Shown piece after piece: positions 1 through 15,700 of a stretch of DNA of 64,000 nt (position 1 is the first letter of the stretch; each line of letters opens with the position of its first letter). The notes under the pieces were generated by a model. The model saw nothing but the letters and a program-made list of their open reading frames with translations. It was not told the DNA's origin and ran no database searches. The DNA is from Octopus vulgaris (lineage: Eukaryota): positions 6,262,001 through 6,326,000 of the forward strand of contig OX597840.1 in the NCBI GenBank assembly GCA_951406725.2, given 5' to 3'. The position numbers and the translations under genes are program-made.

Positions 1-350
1 GATGATACTTTCAGATAGAGGAATTGAAATCAAAACTGTAATATAATAGGTAACATGGACAATCAAGAAATATATGCATTGCTCATAAGATGACTATCAG
101 TCAGTTTGACTTTTCTCACTCAAAATATTACATATAATGACTAATATCTTTTAAACTTTGAATATGTCAGCAGTTAATTCATTCATAATACATTTACTGT
201 TACATTTAAACAGAGATGTTTTTACTTTAAGCTTTCAATGTAATTTTCCACATTTACTGAAATATTTTCATTAGATGGTAATTTGTTTCTTTAACACGAC
301 ATAAATGTTATGTGATTGGAAGTAAATGGATATTTATGCTTTGATTACAG

Positions 351-380
351 AGGTAACTGGTACTAAACTCCCTCACACTG
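351..380 (+). CDS. Microexon type B, 30 nt, EVTGTKLPHT
   Basis: ttgattacag|AGGTAACTGG...CACACTG|gtacgt. Confidence 0.75.
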
Positions 381-650
381 GTACGTAAGTTTTAATATCA
401 ATATATGTAAGTCTAATAAGGAAAACATTATCAGTCATATATATTTATATGTTTACTTTATAAACACCCAGTGTCATGTAAAGGGTTTCCTCAGGACACT
501 ATCCTGCAGCAAGTTGATATATAAACAAACAACATACACTGTGTATGTGCAACTGATGATATATATATGTGGATATATACTGCAAACACTCTATTCATTT
601 AAAAAAAAAACAGTAGTACTTGGGAAATATTGGTGAATGTATGTAACTAT

Positions 651-730
<80 letters not shown>

Positions 731-3700
731 ATATCTATCTATCTATCTTTATCTGTCTGTCTGTTTGTCTGTTTGTCTTTCAAATGATTTGAAAATATTT
801 CTGAAATGCAGCCAAATATTCGATCTTTTTTTTTTTAAATTATGAACAAATCTTTTTTGAAATTTTTTTCATACATTGAATTTTATGAACAGAAAAGTCA
901 TATTCAACTTTATGGGACCTATATATTTAGAAGTTTAGCAGTAAAAAAAAATGTTTAATATTTAGTTTGATTTTACTTTAAACAATCCTAAAGTTTTGCT
1001 TTGCAAATCTGGAAAAACTCTCTCAATAAATATAAATTCGTTTTCAGTTTTAAAACCTTCATTATTTATTAATCAAATGTTCTCCAACATGCTATTTATT
1101 GAAGAACCCTATAGTTATTAACGATACAAAAATGATATATAATACCAAATAAATTGCCATTTTCTTGCAGGACCAGCTGTTACTCCATCAGGTAAGTACA
1201 ATTCTACTGTTTGTTTAGTTATTAACATGAAAGTGTTTAAGGTGGTGAGCTGGCAGAATCGTTAGCATGCAGGATAAAATGCTTAGTGGTATTTCATCTG
1301 TCGCTACGTTCTGAGTTCAAATTCACTAAAATAAGTACCAGTTGAATACTGCATTGAGGCCCACATTTCACTACCTTGTAGCATACGTGTTTATATGATA
1401 AGACTTCTCTCTTGCATCTTACAACTCTTTCTTCCTATGGCTAAGTTTTCTCTCAGAACATTTGCACTTTGTCATACATGCACGCTAACGTTGCACATAC
1501 GTTAGAGTTTGTTCCAATCCTATCAAACCATCCCATGTGCTCTGCATTCAGGCCAACATCTCACTACCATGTAGCATACATGTTTTTACATTTGGAGGAT
1601 AGTTTCAGATAGAGGAATTGAAAGCAAAACTCTAATGTAATAGATAACATGGACAATCAAGAAATATATGCATTGCTCATAAGATGACCATCGGTTAGTT
1701 TGTCTTTTCTCACTCAACATATTACATATAATGACTAACATCATATAAACTTTGAATATGTCAGCAGTTAATTCATCTCTATATATAAACGGCAGTTTGT
1801 CTGTCAGGTTGTACCCTCACCCTGACCACGGCTTTCAACCGATTCTGATGAAACTTGACATACACATAGCCCAATGTCATAATTCAAAACTAACGCAGTG
1901 AAAATTTTGAAAAGTTCCCCCAGTTCTGAAAAAGTATTCGAATAACTTGCGGCTGCAGCAGCTATTAGCAGAAGTGGCGGTGTTGGGGGTAAAGTCTCGA
2001 ATGTAATTTCTTCCTGGTAGGAATTGGTTGGGTTGAATTATCGATAGCTTTTTAATAGTTATTTGGGAGTGAAGAAAAGATCTGCTAGTTCATAATACAT
2101 TTACTGTTACATTTAAACAGAGATGTTTTTACTTTAAGCATTCAATGTAATTTTCCACATTTACTGAAATATTTTCATTAGATGGTAATTTGTTTTTCTA
2201 ACAGAGCATAAATGTTATGTGATTGGAAGTAAATGGATATTTATGCTTTGATTACAGAGGTAACTGGTACTATACGCCCTCACACTGGTATGTAAATTTT
2301 AATATCAATATATGAAATGTCTTTATATTCTAAATATATATATATATACTGATTATAACTACAATGGACCATATTCTTCAACATGAAAGTAGTGGCAAAA
2401 TCTTGGTTTATGCTTTGGTTGTTTTCATTTTGTTTATGTTGAATTCATCTGTGAAGACAAAATGCTCATCATATCAGGATCCTTTGAATTCTCTTGGCAG
2501 GATTTTTGCCAATTTATGTCTACAGCAGTTGACAAATAATAACAAAAAAGGAAGTGAAGTAGGATCAGTACACGTGCTTTTATAGTGTGAAACAACCCTC
2601 AAGAGATCCAACACCATCTCGTTACATATTCTATTCCACATCATGAATCTTGTGAAACTTAAATAGCATAAAAAATATCAGATGGTTTTGAAGAAAAATT
2701 AGAAGAATTTTAGCATTCCATTGTTATAGGGTGCAAGGATATTGTATGTAAAATGAAAAAGCACCAATTTTCAGCAGCACATATTCTAATTCTAAAAAAT
2801 AATTTTTATAATTCTCTTTCAGTTACATATTCTACAATCTCACCCATGCTAATTTATACCTTCTCTTATTGTCAGTCTGTCTGTCTCTCTCCCAAACAAT
2901 TTGAAAATAGTTCTGAAATGCAGCCAAATATTCAATCGTATTTTTTTCTTAATTATAAACAAAACTTTTGTGAAATTTTTTTCATAGACTGAATTTTATG
3001 AACAGATGTCATATTCAACTTTATGGGACATATATATTTACAAGTTTAACAATAAAAAAATGTTTAATATTTAGTTTGATTTTACATTAAACAATCCTAA
3101 CGTTTTGCTTTTCAAATCTGGAAAAAGTCTGTCAATAAATATAAATTCCTTTTCATTTTTAAACTTTCATTATTTATTAATCAAATATTCTCCAACATGC
3201 TATACATTGAAGAACCCTATTAGCTATTAACGATACAGAAATGATATATAATTCAAAATAAATTGCCATTTTTTTTGCAGGATCAATTGTAACTAGCATA
3301 GCTGTTACTCCATCAGGTAAGGACAATTCTACTGTTTGTTTAGTTATTAAAATGAAAGTATTTAGGGTGTTGAGCTGGCAGAATCGTTAGCATGCTGGGT
3401 GAAATGCTTAGCGGTATTTCGTCTGCCATTACGTTCTGAGTTCAAATTCCACCGATGTTGACTTTGCCTTTCATTCTTTTGGGGTTGATAAAATAAGTAC
3501 TAGTTACGCACTGGGGTCGATATACGACTTATTCCATTTGTCGGTGTTTGTCCTCTCTGTATTTAGCCACTTGTGGGTAGTAAATAAATAGGTATTTCAT
3601 CTATCTCTACGTTCTGAGTTCAAATTCCGCTAAGGTCAACTTTACCTTTCATCCTTTTGCAGTCGATAAAATAAGTACCAGTTGAATGTTGGATTGAGTC

Positions 3701-6700
3701 CCACATTTCACTACCATGTAGCATACATGTTTATGCAATAAGCTGATGGTTTCACATGACCAAACTATCACATCACATCACATGACCAAACTATCAAAGT
3801 CTTCTCTCTTGCATCTTACAACTCCTCCCTCCTAGGGCTAATTTTTCTCTCACATCATTTGCACTTTGTCATACATGCACAATAATTTTGCACATACGTT
3901 AGAGCTTGTTCCAATCCTATCAAACCATCCCATGTGCACTGCATTCAGGCCCACATCTCACTACCATGTAGCATACATGTTTGTACAATAAGATGATACA
4001 TTCAGATAGAGGAATTGAAAGGAAAACTGTAACGTAATAGATAACATGGACAATCAAGAAATATATGCATTGCTCATAAGATGACTATCGGTTAGTTTGT
4101 CTTTTCTCACTCAACATATTACATAGAATGACTAACATCATTTGAACTTTCAATATTTCAGCAGTTAATCCATTCATAATACATTTACTGTTACATTTAA
4201 AAAGAGATGTTTTTAGTTTAAGCATTCAATGTAATTTTCCACATTTACTGAAATATTTTCATTAGATGGTAATTTGTTTTTCTAACACAGCATAAATGTT
4301 ATGTGATTGGAAGTAAATGGACATTTTGCTTTGATTTCAGAGGTAACTGGTACTATACGCACTCACACTGGTACGTAAGTTTTAATATCAATATACAAAA
4401 TGTCTTTATATTCTAAATATATATATATATATATATATATACTGATTATAACTAAAATGGAAAACATTCTACAACATTTTTAAACCTTCATTATAAACCT
4501 TCATAATATTCTCCAACATGCTATATATTGAAGAACCCTATTAGCTATTAACGATACAAAAATGATATATAATACAAATAAATTGCCATTTTCTTGCAGG
4601 ACCAGCTGTTACTCCATCAGGTAAGTACAATTCTACTGTTCGTTTAGTTATCAAAATGAAAGTATTTAAAGTGATGAGCTGGTAGAATCATTAGAACACT
4701 GGGCGATATGCTTGGCGGTATTTAATCTATCACTATGTACTGAGTTCAAATTCTGCTAATGTCAACTTTACATTTCATCATTTCGGGGTCAATAAAATAT
4801 ATACCAGTTGAAAAAATGAGTCGATGTGATCAACTCATCCCCTCCCCACAAATTTACTTCTCTTGTGGCAAAACTTGAAACCATTATTATGAAAGTATTA
4901 CTGAATGTAATTCGTTATTCTATGACAGAATTTTTAGCTTAATCACAAATGCTTTGAAATAATTATTGGTAGCTTATGAAGCTATTTCTCATCAGAAACC
5001 TTTAACCCTGCTGAGTTCACTTGTCCTGTAATGCTTATAAATAGAGTTGAAATTAAACTGAGTGACTGGTTTATTGTGTAAAAATAACAAAAGGACAGTA
5101 AACATAATTCTATATGAAATACTGTATGTATAATTAATTTGAGAGAGAGAGATGAGAGCAAAAGTCACTCAGTAATGTGTGGCTGCCACGCGGATAACAT
5201 GGATTCCTGAACGAAGTGTAGGCATTGCTCAAAAGCTATCAGTTTGTCTTTTTCCACCCAACTTATTAGCTATAATGATTAATATCATTTAAATTTGATT
5301 ATGCCAGGAGATAATTCAACATCATCATCATTTAATGTCCATGTTCCATGCTGGCATCAGTTGGATAGGTTGACAGCATTCAATGAGTTCAAAAACTGTA
5401 CTGTGATCCAGTGTCTACTTTGGTCTGGTTCCTACAGCTGCATTTCCTTTCCAAATACCAACCATCTTGCAGTGTGTACTCAATGCTTTTTGTACTCTTG
5501 TGCTATATTGAGGTCATCATTCAGCTCAGAAGACTACAAAGCACTGGTGGGGTGAGTCAGCTTTATGTTGGTAACAAGTTGAGTGAGAAAAGACAACAAA
5601 CAGTCCATGAGTAATACATATATTTCTTGCAGAAAATGTTCTGTATTGCAAGACTAGCAGCATAGCCCGGCGTTGCCTGGGTATGTAAGAGCCCCTAGTA
5701 GGCAATGACTAATCCCAATCTAGTCCTTTCCCTTTGTGTAGGTTGCAATGTCTTCTCTTCACTCGAATACTTCTGTGTATACAATGTTCCTAGCTGTCCC
5801 TTTGGGCGATAAAAAGGTCGAGTTGTGTCCCCTAGACAGAAAATGTGTTGCATATAAAAAGCTTAGATTCTCGACCCCATGTCGAATTTATCAATTTTTT
5901 TCAGAACTGGGGAAACTTTTAAAATTATAGCTGCGTTAGTTTTGAATTATGACATTGGGCTATGTGTGTGTCAAGTTTCATCAGAATCGGTTGAAAGCCG
6001 TGGTCAGGGTGAGGGTACAACCTGACAGACACACAGACAGACAAACTGCCATTTATATATAGAGAGATTTTATGTGGAGCAGATGAGATGATATGGAGGC
6101 AGCTAGCAACTATAAAATAGTAGGGTAGAGTTAAAGAGTGCTCTCCAATGAGTTACGAGGTGGGAATGGACACGGGGATGCAGGAGGAAGTGGGTGAGAT
6201 GAAAGCAGGAGGCTGATAATGATACTGATGCTCATGGGAAAACAAGAGAGATGACAAGATGAGGAAGACTGTAAGAATGGGAGAAGAGGTAGGAATTGAG
6301 TATTTAGTTTGCTTCTCTTGGGGTGAGAGGAATCAATGTAAAATATGGGTGGAGAGCACAATGTACCCAGCACTTCCAGAACTCAGTTTTGCTGATATGG
6401 ACGGGTCATCTTGAGAACCTCCTGTTGTCACACATCCTTGTGCTTTTTCATCTCCTCTGTGAGGTTTAACATCTTGATATCAACCCTCACCATGTCATCT
6501 CACACTTTACTGGTTCTCCTTCTTCAACAAGTTTCATCCATTTTGATGATTTAAAATTCTTTATACAGCTGTCCACACACATCACATGACCAAACTATCA
6601 CATGACCAAGCTATCAAAGTCTTCTCTCTTGCATCTTACAACTCCTTTATTCTACGGATAATTTTTCTCTCAAACATTTGCACTTTGTCATACATGCACA

Positions 6701-9700
6701 CTAATTTTGCACATACATTAGAGCTTATTCCAACCCTATCAAACCACCCCACATGCTCTGCATTCTGGCCCACACCTCACTACCATGTAGCATACATGTT
6801 TTTACATTTGGAGGATAGTTTCAGATAGAGGAATTGAAAGCAAAACTGTAATGTAATAGATAACATGGACAATCAAGAAATATATGCATTTCTTATAAGA
6901 TGACTATCAGTCAGTTTGTCTTTTCTCACTCAACATGTTACCTGTAATGACTAACACCATTTAAACTTTGAATATGTCAGCAGATAATCCATTCATAACA
7001 CATTTACTCTTACATTTAAACAGAGATGTTTTTATTTTAAGCATTCAATGTAATTTTCCACATTTACTGAAATATTTTCATTAGATGGTAATTTGTTTTT
7101 CTAACACGACAAAAATGTTATGTGATTGGAAGTAAATGGATATTTATGCTTTGATTTCAGAGGTAACTGGTACTATACTCCCTCACACTGGTACGTAAGA
7201 TTTACTATATTTATATGTATATATGTTAATATCTATCTATCTATCTATCTCCCAAACAATTTGAAAATATTTCTGAAATGCAGCGAAATATTTGATCTTT
7301 TCTTTTTTTTTGAATTATAAACAACATTTCCTTGAAATTATTTTTATACACTGAATTTTATGAACAGAAGTAGTATTCAACTTTATGGGACATATATATT
7401 TACTAGTTTAACAATAAAAAAATATTTCATTTTTAGTTTGATTTTACATTAAACAATCCTAAAGTTTTGCTTTTCAAATCTGGAAAAAGTCTGTCGATAA
7501 ATACACATTCGTTTTTATTTCTAAACCTTCATTATTTATTAATTAAATATTCTCCAACATGCTATATATTGAAGAACCCTATTAGCTATTAACAATACAA
7601 AAATGATATTTAATAAAAAATAAATTGCCATTCTGTTGCAGGACCGAGTGTATCTAGCATAGCTGTTTCTCCATCAGGTAAGTACAATTCTACTGTTTGT
7701 TTAAATGAAAGTATTTGAGGTGGTGAGCTGGCAGAATCGTTAGTATGCTGGACAAAATGCTTAGTGGTATTTCATCTATCGTTCTGTTCTGAGTTCAAAT
7801 TCCGCTAAGGTCAACTTTACATTTCATCCTTTTGGGGACGATAAAATAAGTACCAGTTGAATACTGCAGGCCCACATTTAACTGCCATGTAGCATACATG
7901 TTTATACAATAAGGTGATGGTTTCACATGATCAAACTATCACATGACCAAGCAATCAAAGTCTTCCCTCTTGCATCTTACAACTCCTTCCTCCTATGGAT
8001 AATTTTTCTCTCACATCGTTTGCACTTTGTCATACATGCACAATAATTTTGCACATACATAAAAGCTTGTTCCAATCCTATCAAACCATCCCACGTGCTC
8101 TACAGTCAGGCCCACATCTCACTACCATGTAGCATACATGTTTTTACATTTGGAGGATAGTTTCAGATAGAGGAATTGAAAGCAAAACTGTAATGTAATA
8201 GATAACATGGACAATCAAGAAATATATGCATTGCTCATAAGATGACCATCGGTCAGTTTGTCTTTTCTCACTCAACATATTACATATAATGACTAACATC
8301 ATTTAAACTTTAAATATGTCAGCAGTTAATCCAATCATAATACATTTACTGTTACACTTAAACAGAGATATTTTTATTTTAAGCATTAAACGTAATTTTC
8401 CACATTTACTGAAATATTTTCATTAGATGGTAATTTGTTTTTCTGACACAGCATAAATGTTATGTGATTGGAAGTAAATGGATATTTATGCTTTGATTTC
8501 AGAGGTAACTGGTACTATACCCCCTCACACTGGTACGTAAGTTTTAATATCAATATATGAAATGTCCTTATATTCTAAATATATATATATATACTACAAT
8601 GGACCATATTCTTCAACATGAAAGTAGTGGCAAAATCTTGGTTTTTACTTTGGTTGTTTTTATTTTGTTTATGTTGAATTCATCTGTGAAGACAAAATGC
8701 TCATCATATTAGCATCCTTTGAATTCTCTTGGCAAAATATAGTATTCTTTTCTCATACGAGAAAATGATATTCTTTGGTTTATTCCAAAATCATGCGCGG
8801 CTACCTGTGATTTCAGTGTGCTTTTAGCCAAAATGGAGACAAGCACCAACATCCCATGTGGTAGGCTAGATGGTAGCTGAAATTTATGGTAGCCTTGTCG
8901 ACATACAAATAAAGAATATTTATCTACCAATGCAGTGTTGAGCAATCGTTCCTACAGTTTAACATTAGCATATTCGTAATTTCAAAGTGAAAGCAGCTCT
9001 GATAATAAAAACATTATCATACATAGTTTTTCCTGAAAAGAGTTTCCTCAGGACACTATCCTGCAGCAAGTTGGTATATAAACAAGCAACATACACTGTG
9101 TATGTGCAACTGATGATATATATATATGTGTATAAATACTGCAAACACTCTATTCATTTCAAATTAAATAGTAGAAGAATTTTAGCATTTCATTTTTATA
9201 GGGTGGAAAGATATTGTATGTAAAACGAAAAAAGCACCAATTTTCAACAGTATAAATTCTATTTCTGAAAAATAATTTTCAGAATTCTCTTTCAGTTACA
9301 TATTCTACATTCTCAGCGATGCTAAATTATACCTTTTCTGTCTGTCTATATGTATGTATACATCTATCTATCCATCTGTCTTTCTTTCTTTCTATCTCCC
9401 AAACAATTTCAAAATATATCTGAAATGCAGCCAAAGATTCAGTCTTTTTTTTTATTATTATAATCAAAACTTTTTTGAATTGTTTCATACACTGAATTTT
9501 ATGAACAGAAGTCATATTCAACTTTATGGGACATATATATTTAGAAGTTTATCAATAAAAATAAATATTTAATATTAACTTGATTTTACATTAAGCAATC
9601 CTAAAGTTTTGCTTTACAAATCTGGTAAAAGTCTATCAATAAATATAAATTCGTTTTCATTTTTAGACCTTCATTATTTATTAATTAAATATTCTCCAAC

Positions 9701-12700
9701 ATGCTATATATTGAAGGACCCTATTAGCTATTAACAATACAACAACGATATTTAATAAAAAATAAATTGCCATTCTGTTGCAGGACCAAGTGTATCTAGC
9801 ATAGCTGTTTCTCCATCAGGTAAGTACAATTCTACTGTTTGTTTAGTTATTAATATGAAAGTATTTGAGGTGGTGAGCTGGCAGAATCGTTAGTATGCTG
9901 GACAAAATGCTTAGTGGTATTTCATCTATCGCTCTGTTCTGAGTTCAAATTCCGCTAAGGTCAACTTTACCTTTCATCCTTTTGGGGTCGATAAAATAAG
10001 TACCAGTTGAATACTGCAGGCCCACATTTAACAGCCATGTAGCATACATGTTTATACAATAAGGTGATGGTTCCACATGACCAAACTATCACATCACATC
10101 ACATGACCAAACTATCAAAGTCTTCTTTCTTGCATCTTACAACTCCTTCCTCCTATGTCTAATTTTTCTCTCAGTACATTTGCACTTTGTCATACATGCA
10201 CACTAATTTTTCACATACATTAGAGCTTGTTCCAATCCTATCAAACCACCCCACATGCTCTGCATTCTGGCCCACACCTCACTACCATGTAGCATACATG
10301 TTTTTACATTTGGAGGATACTTTCAGATAGAGGAATTGAAAGCAAAACTGTAATGTAATAGATAACATGGACAATCAAGAAATATATGCATTGCTCATAA
10401 GATGACCATCGGTCAGTTTGTCTTTTCTCACTTAACATTTTATGTATAATGACTAATATCATTTAAACTTTGAATATGTCAGCAGATAATCCATTCATAA
10501 TCCATTTACTATCACACTTAATCAGAGATGTTTTTACTTTAAGCATTCAATGTAATTTTCCACATTTACTGAAATATTTTCATTAGATGGTCATTTGTTT
10601 TTCTAACATGACTTAAATGTTATGTGATTGGAAGTAAATGGATATTTATGCTTTGATTTCAGAGGTAACTGGTACTATACGCCCTCACACTGGTATGTAA
10701 GTTTTAATATCAATATATGAAATGTCTTTATATTCTAAATATATATATATATACTGATTATAACTACAATGGACCATATTCTTCAACATGAAAGTAGTGG
10801 CAAAATCTTGGTTTCTACTTTGGTTGATTTCATTTTCTTTATGTTGAATTCATCTGTGAAGACAAAATGCTCATCATATTAGGATCCTTTGAATTCTCTT
10901 GGCAAAATATAATATTCTTTTCTCATACGAGAAAATGATATTCTTTGGTTTATTCCAAAATCATGCACGGCTACCTGTGATTTCAGTGTGCTTTTAGCCA
11001 AAATGGAGACAAGCACCAAAATCCCATGTGGTAGGCTAGATGGTAGCTGAAATTTATGGTAGCCTTGTCGACATGCAAATAAAGAATATTTATCTACCAA
11101 TGCAGTGTTGAGCAATCGTTCCTACAGTTTAACATTAGCATATTCGTAATTTCAAAGTGAAAGCAGCCAAGATAAAAACATTATCATACGTAGTTTTTCC
11201 TGAAAAGAGTTTCCTCAGGACACTATCCTGCAGCAAGTTGGTATATAAACAAGCAACATACACTGTGTATGTGCAACTGATGATATATATATATATGTGT
11301 ATAAATACTGCAAACACTCTATTCATTTGAAATTAAATAGTAGAAGAATTTTAGCATTTCATTTTTATAGGGTGGAAAGATATTGTATGTAAAACGAAAA
11401 AAGCACCAATTTTCAACAGTATAAATTCTATTTCTGAAAAATAATTTTCAGAATTCTCTTTCAGTTACATATTCTACATTCTCAGCGATGCTAAATTATA
11501 CCTTTTCTGTCTGTCTATATGTATGTATACATCTATCTATCCATCTGTCTTTCTTTCTTTCTATCTCCCAAACAATTTCAAAATATATCTGAAATGCAGC
11601 AAAAGATTCAGTCTTTTTTTTTTTTGATTATAAACAAAACTTTTTAAATTTTTTCCATACACTGGATTTTATGAACAGAAGTCAAATTCAACATTATGGG
11701 ACACATATATTTAGAAGTTTATCAATAAAAATAAATATTTAATATTAACTTGATTTTACATTAAGCAATCCTAAAATTTTACTTTACAAATCTGGATAAA
11801 GTCTGTCCATAAATATAAATCCGTTTTTATTTCTAAACCTTCATTATTTATAAATCAAATGTTCTCTAACATGCTATATATTGAAGAACCCTATTAGCTA
11901 TTAACGATACAAAAATGATATATAAAACTAATAAATTGCTACTTTGTTGCAGGACCAAGTGTATCTAGCATAGCTGTTTCTCCATCAGGCAAGTACAATT
12001 CTACTGTTTGTTTAGTTATTAAAATGAAAGTATTTAAGGTGGTGAGCTGGCAGAATCGTTAGCATGCTGGACAAAATGCTTAGTGATATTTCATCTATCG
12101 CTACGTTCTGAGCTCAAATTCCGCTAAAGTCAATATTACCTTTCATCCTTTTGGGGCCGATAAAATAAGTACCAGTTGAATACTACATTGAGGCCCACAT
12201 TTCACTGCCATGTAGCATACATATTTATACAATAAGATGTTAGTTTCACATGACCAAACTATCAAAGTCTTCTCTCTTGCACCTTACAACTCCTCCCTCC
12301 TAGGGCTAATTTTTCTCTCAGAACATTTACAATTTGTCATACAGCACACTAATTTTGCACATACATTAGATCTTGTTCCAATGCTAGCAAACCATCCCAC
12401 GTGCTCTGCACTCAGTCCCACATCTCTCTACCATGTAGCATACATGTTTGTACAATAAGATGATACATTCAGATAGAGGAATTGAAAGCAAAATTCTAAC
12501 ATAATAGATAACATGGACAATCAAGAAATATATGCATTGCTCATAAGATGACCATCGGTTAGTTTGTCTTTTCTCACTCAACATATTACATATAATGACT
12601 AACATCATTTAAACTTTGAATATGTCAGCAGTTTATCCATTCATAATCCATTTACTCTTACATTTAAACAGAGATGTTTTTAGTTTAAGCATTCAATGTA

Positions 12701-15700
12701 ATTTTCCACATTTACTGAAATATTTTCATTAGGTGGTAATTTGTTCTTCTAACACGACTTAAATGTTATGTGATTGGAAGTAAATGGATATTTATGCTTT
12801 GATTTCAGAGGTAACTGGTACTATACGCCCTCACACTGGTATGTAAGTTTTAATATCAATATATGAAATGTTTTTATATTCAAAATATATATATACTGAT
12901 TATAACTATCCTGCAGCAAGTTGGTATACGAACAAACAACATACACTGTGTATGTGCAACTGATAATATATATATATATATGGATATATACTGCAAACAC
13001 TCTATTCATTTCAAATTAAATAGTAGAAGAATTTTAGCATTTCATTTTTATAGGGTGGAAAGATATTGTATGTAAAACGAAAAAGCACCAATTTTCAATA
13101 GTACATATTCTATTTCTGAATATAAATTTCAGAATTCTCTTTCAGTTACATATTCTACATTCTCAGCCATGCTAAATTATACCTTTTCTGTCTGTCTGTC
13201 TGTCTGTCTGTCTATATGTATGTATAAATCTATCTATCTATCTGTCTTTCTTTCATTCTATCTCCCAAACAATTTCAAAATATATCTGAAATGCATCCAA
13301 AGATTCAGTGTTTTTTTTTTTTGATTATAAACAAAACTCTTAAAAGTTTTTTCATAGACTGAATTTTATGAACAGAAGTCATATTCAACTTTATGGGACA
13401 TATATATTTAGAGGTTTATCAATAAAAATAAATATTTAATATTAACTTGATTTTACATTAAGCAATCCTAAAATTTTGCTTTACAAATCTGGTTAAAGTC
13501 TGTCAATAAATATAAATTCGTTTTCATTTTTAGACCTTCATTATTTATTAATTAAATATTCTCCAATATGCTATATATTGAAGGACCCTTTTAGCTATTA
13601 ACAATAGAAAAATGATATTTAGTACAAAATAAATTGCCATTTTCTTGCAGGACCAAGTGTATCTAGCATAGCTGTTACTCCATCAGGTAAGTACAATTAG
13701 TTATTAAAATGAAAGTGTTTAAGGTGGTGAGGTGGTAGAATCGTTAGCATGCTGGACAAAATGCGTAGTGGTATTTCATCTATCGCCATGTTCTGAGTTC
13801 AAATTACGCTCAGGTCAACTTTAACTTTCATCCTTTTGGGATCGATAAAATAAGTACCAGTCTAATACTGCATTGAGGCCCACATTTCACTGCCATGTAG
13901 CATACATATGAATACAATAACATGATAGTTTCACATGACCAAACTATCAAAGTCTTCTCTCTTGCATCTTACAATTCCTTCCTCCTATGGATAATTTTCT
14001 CTCACAATATTTGCACTTTGTCATACATGTACACTAATTTTGCAGAACCCTATGAGCTATTAACAATAGAAAAATGATATTTAATACAAAATAAATTGCC
14101 ATTTTCTTGTAGGACCAAGTGCATCTAGCATAGCTGTTACTCCATCAGGTAAGTACAATTCTACTGTTTGTTTAGTTATTAAAATGAAAGTATTTAATGT
14201 GGTGAGCTGGCAGAATCGTTAGCATGCCGGGCGAAATGCTTAGCAGTGTTTCGTCTACCATTACGTTCTGAGTTCAAATTCGCCGAGAATGTCTGTCTGT
14301 GTGTTCCCCTAAAACTTGAGAACAGCACAACCAATTTCATTCAAATTTTACACATGCCTTACTTAGGGTCCATGCAGTTTCATGGGCAAAAACAATGTTC
14401 AACCTCTTGCCTAGGCAAGCCCATAGCAATATCATATCTTCTCCACTATTTCAGTATTACGTGTTAAAAGTGATATAAAGACATTTCTCTATCTATCCCC
14501 CAAACAAGTTGAAAATATTTTTGAAATCTGGAAAAAGTCTGTCCATAAATATAAATGCGTTTTCATTTTTAAACCTTCATTATTTATTAATCAAATATTC
14601 TCCAACATGCTGTATATTGAAGAACCCTATTTGCTATTAACGATAAAAAAATGATATTTAATACAAAATAAATTGCCATTTTGTTGCAGGACCAAGTGTA
14701 TCTAGCATAGCTGTTACTTCATCAGGTAAGTACAATTCTATTTGTTTAGTTATTAAAATAAAAGTATTTAAGGTGGTGAGCTGGCAGAATCGTTATTACA
14801 CCGGGCGATATGCTTAGTGGTATTTAATCTATTGCTATGTTCTGGGTTCAAATTCTGCTAAGGTCAACTTTACCTTTCATCATTTTGGTTTTGATAAAAT
14901 AAGTACCAGTTGAATACTAGATTGAGGCCCACAATTCACTGCCATGTAGCATACATTTTTATACAATAAGATGATAGTTTCACATGACCAAACTATCACA
15001 TCACATGACCAAACTATCAAAGTCTTCTCTCTTGCATCTTACAATTCCTTCGTCCTATGGCTAATTTTTCTCTGAGAACATTTGCACCTTGTCATACATG
15101 CACACTAATTTTGCACATACATTAGAACTTATTCCAATCCTATCAAACCATCCCATGTGCACTGCACTCAGGCCCACACCTCACTACCATGTAGCATACA
15201 TGTTTATACACTAGGATGATACTTTCAGATAGAGGAATTTAAAGCAAAACTGTAATGTAATAGATAACATGGTCAATCAAGAAATATATGCATTTCTTAT
15301 AAGATGACTATGAGTCAGTTTGTCTTTTCTCACTCAACATGTTACATATAATGACTAATATCATTTAAACTTTAAATATGTCAGCAATTAATCCATTCAT
15401 AATCCATTTACTGTTACATTTAAACAGAGATATTTTTAGTTTAAGCATTCAATGTAATTTTCCACATTTACTGAAATATTTTCATTAGATGGTAATTTGC
15501 TTTTCTAACAAAGCATAAATGTTATGTGATTGGAAGTAAATGGATATTTATGCTTTGATTTCAGAGGTAACTGGTACTATACCCCCTCACACTGGTACGT
15601 AAGTTTTAATATCAATATATGAAATGTCTTTATATTCTAAATATATATATATATACTGATTATAACTACAATGGACCATATTCTTCAACATGAAAGTAGT

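Noticed and set aside
345-360. cagAG|GTAACT at B-exon starts as recursive splice sites or 2-nt exons
   Set aside because: GTAACT is a weak donor, it is not conserved in the paralog at 43708, and the 30-nt in-frame exon is the simpler model; cannot be supported without reads.
630-845. ORF with YLSI repeats (and similar ORFs at 22027, 26255, 30203, 36369, 53735 and 62919)
   Set aside because: Translations of TATC/TATG/TG/CT microsatellites; no coding signal.
7126-7320. ORF MEVNGYLCFDFRGNWYYTPSHWY (also 24029), which looks like a conserved peptide
   Set aside because: It reads through the acceptor, B exon and donor in a different frame; other copies have stops (e.g. TAA at 364-366). The spliced frame explains the conservation better.
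8709-8945. Repeated minus-strand ORF MLNTALVDKY... (also 10879)
   Set aside because: Frameshifted in the copies near 15.9 kb and 19.1 kb; no recognisable domain; it is a passenger of the intronic duplication.
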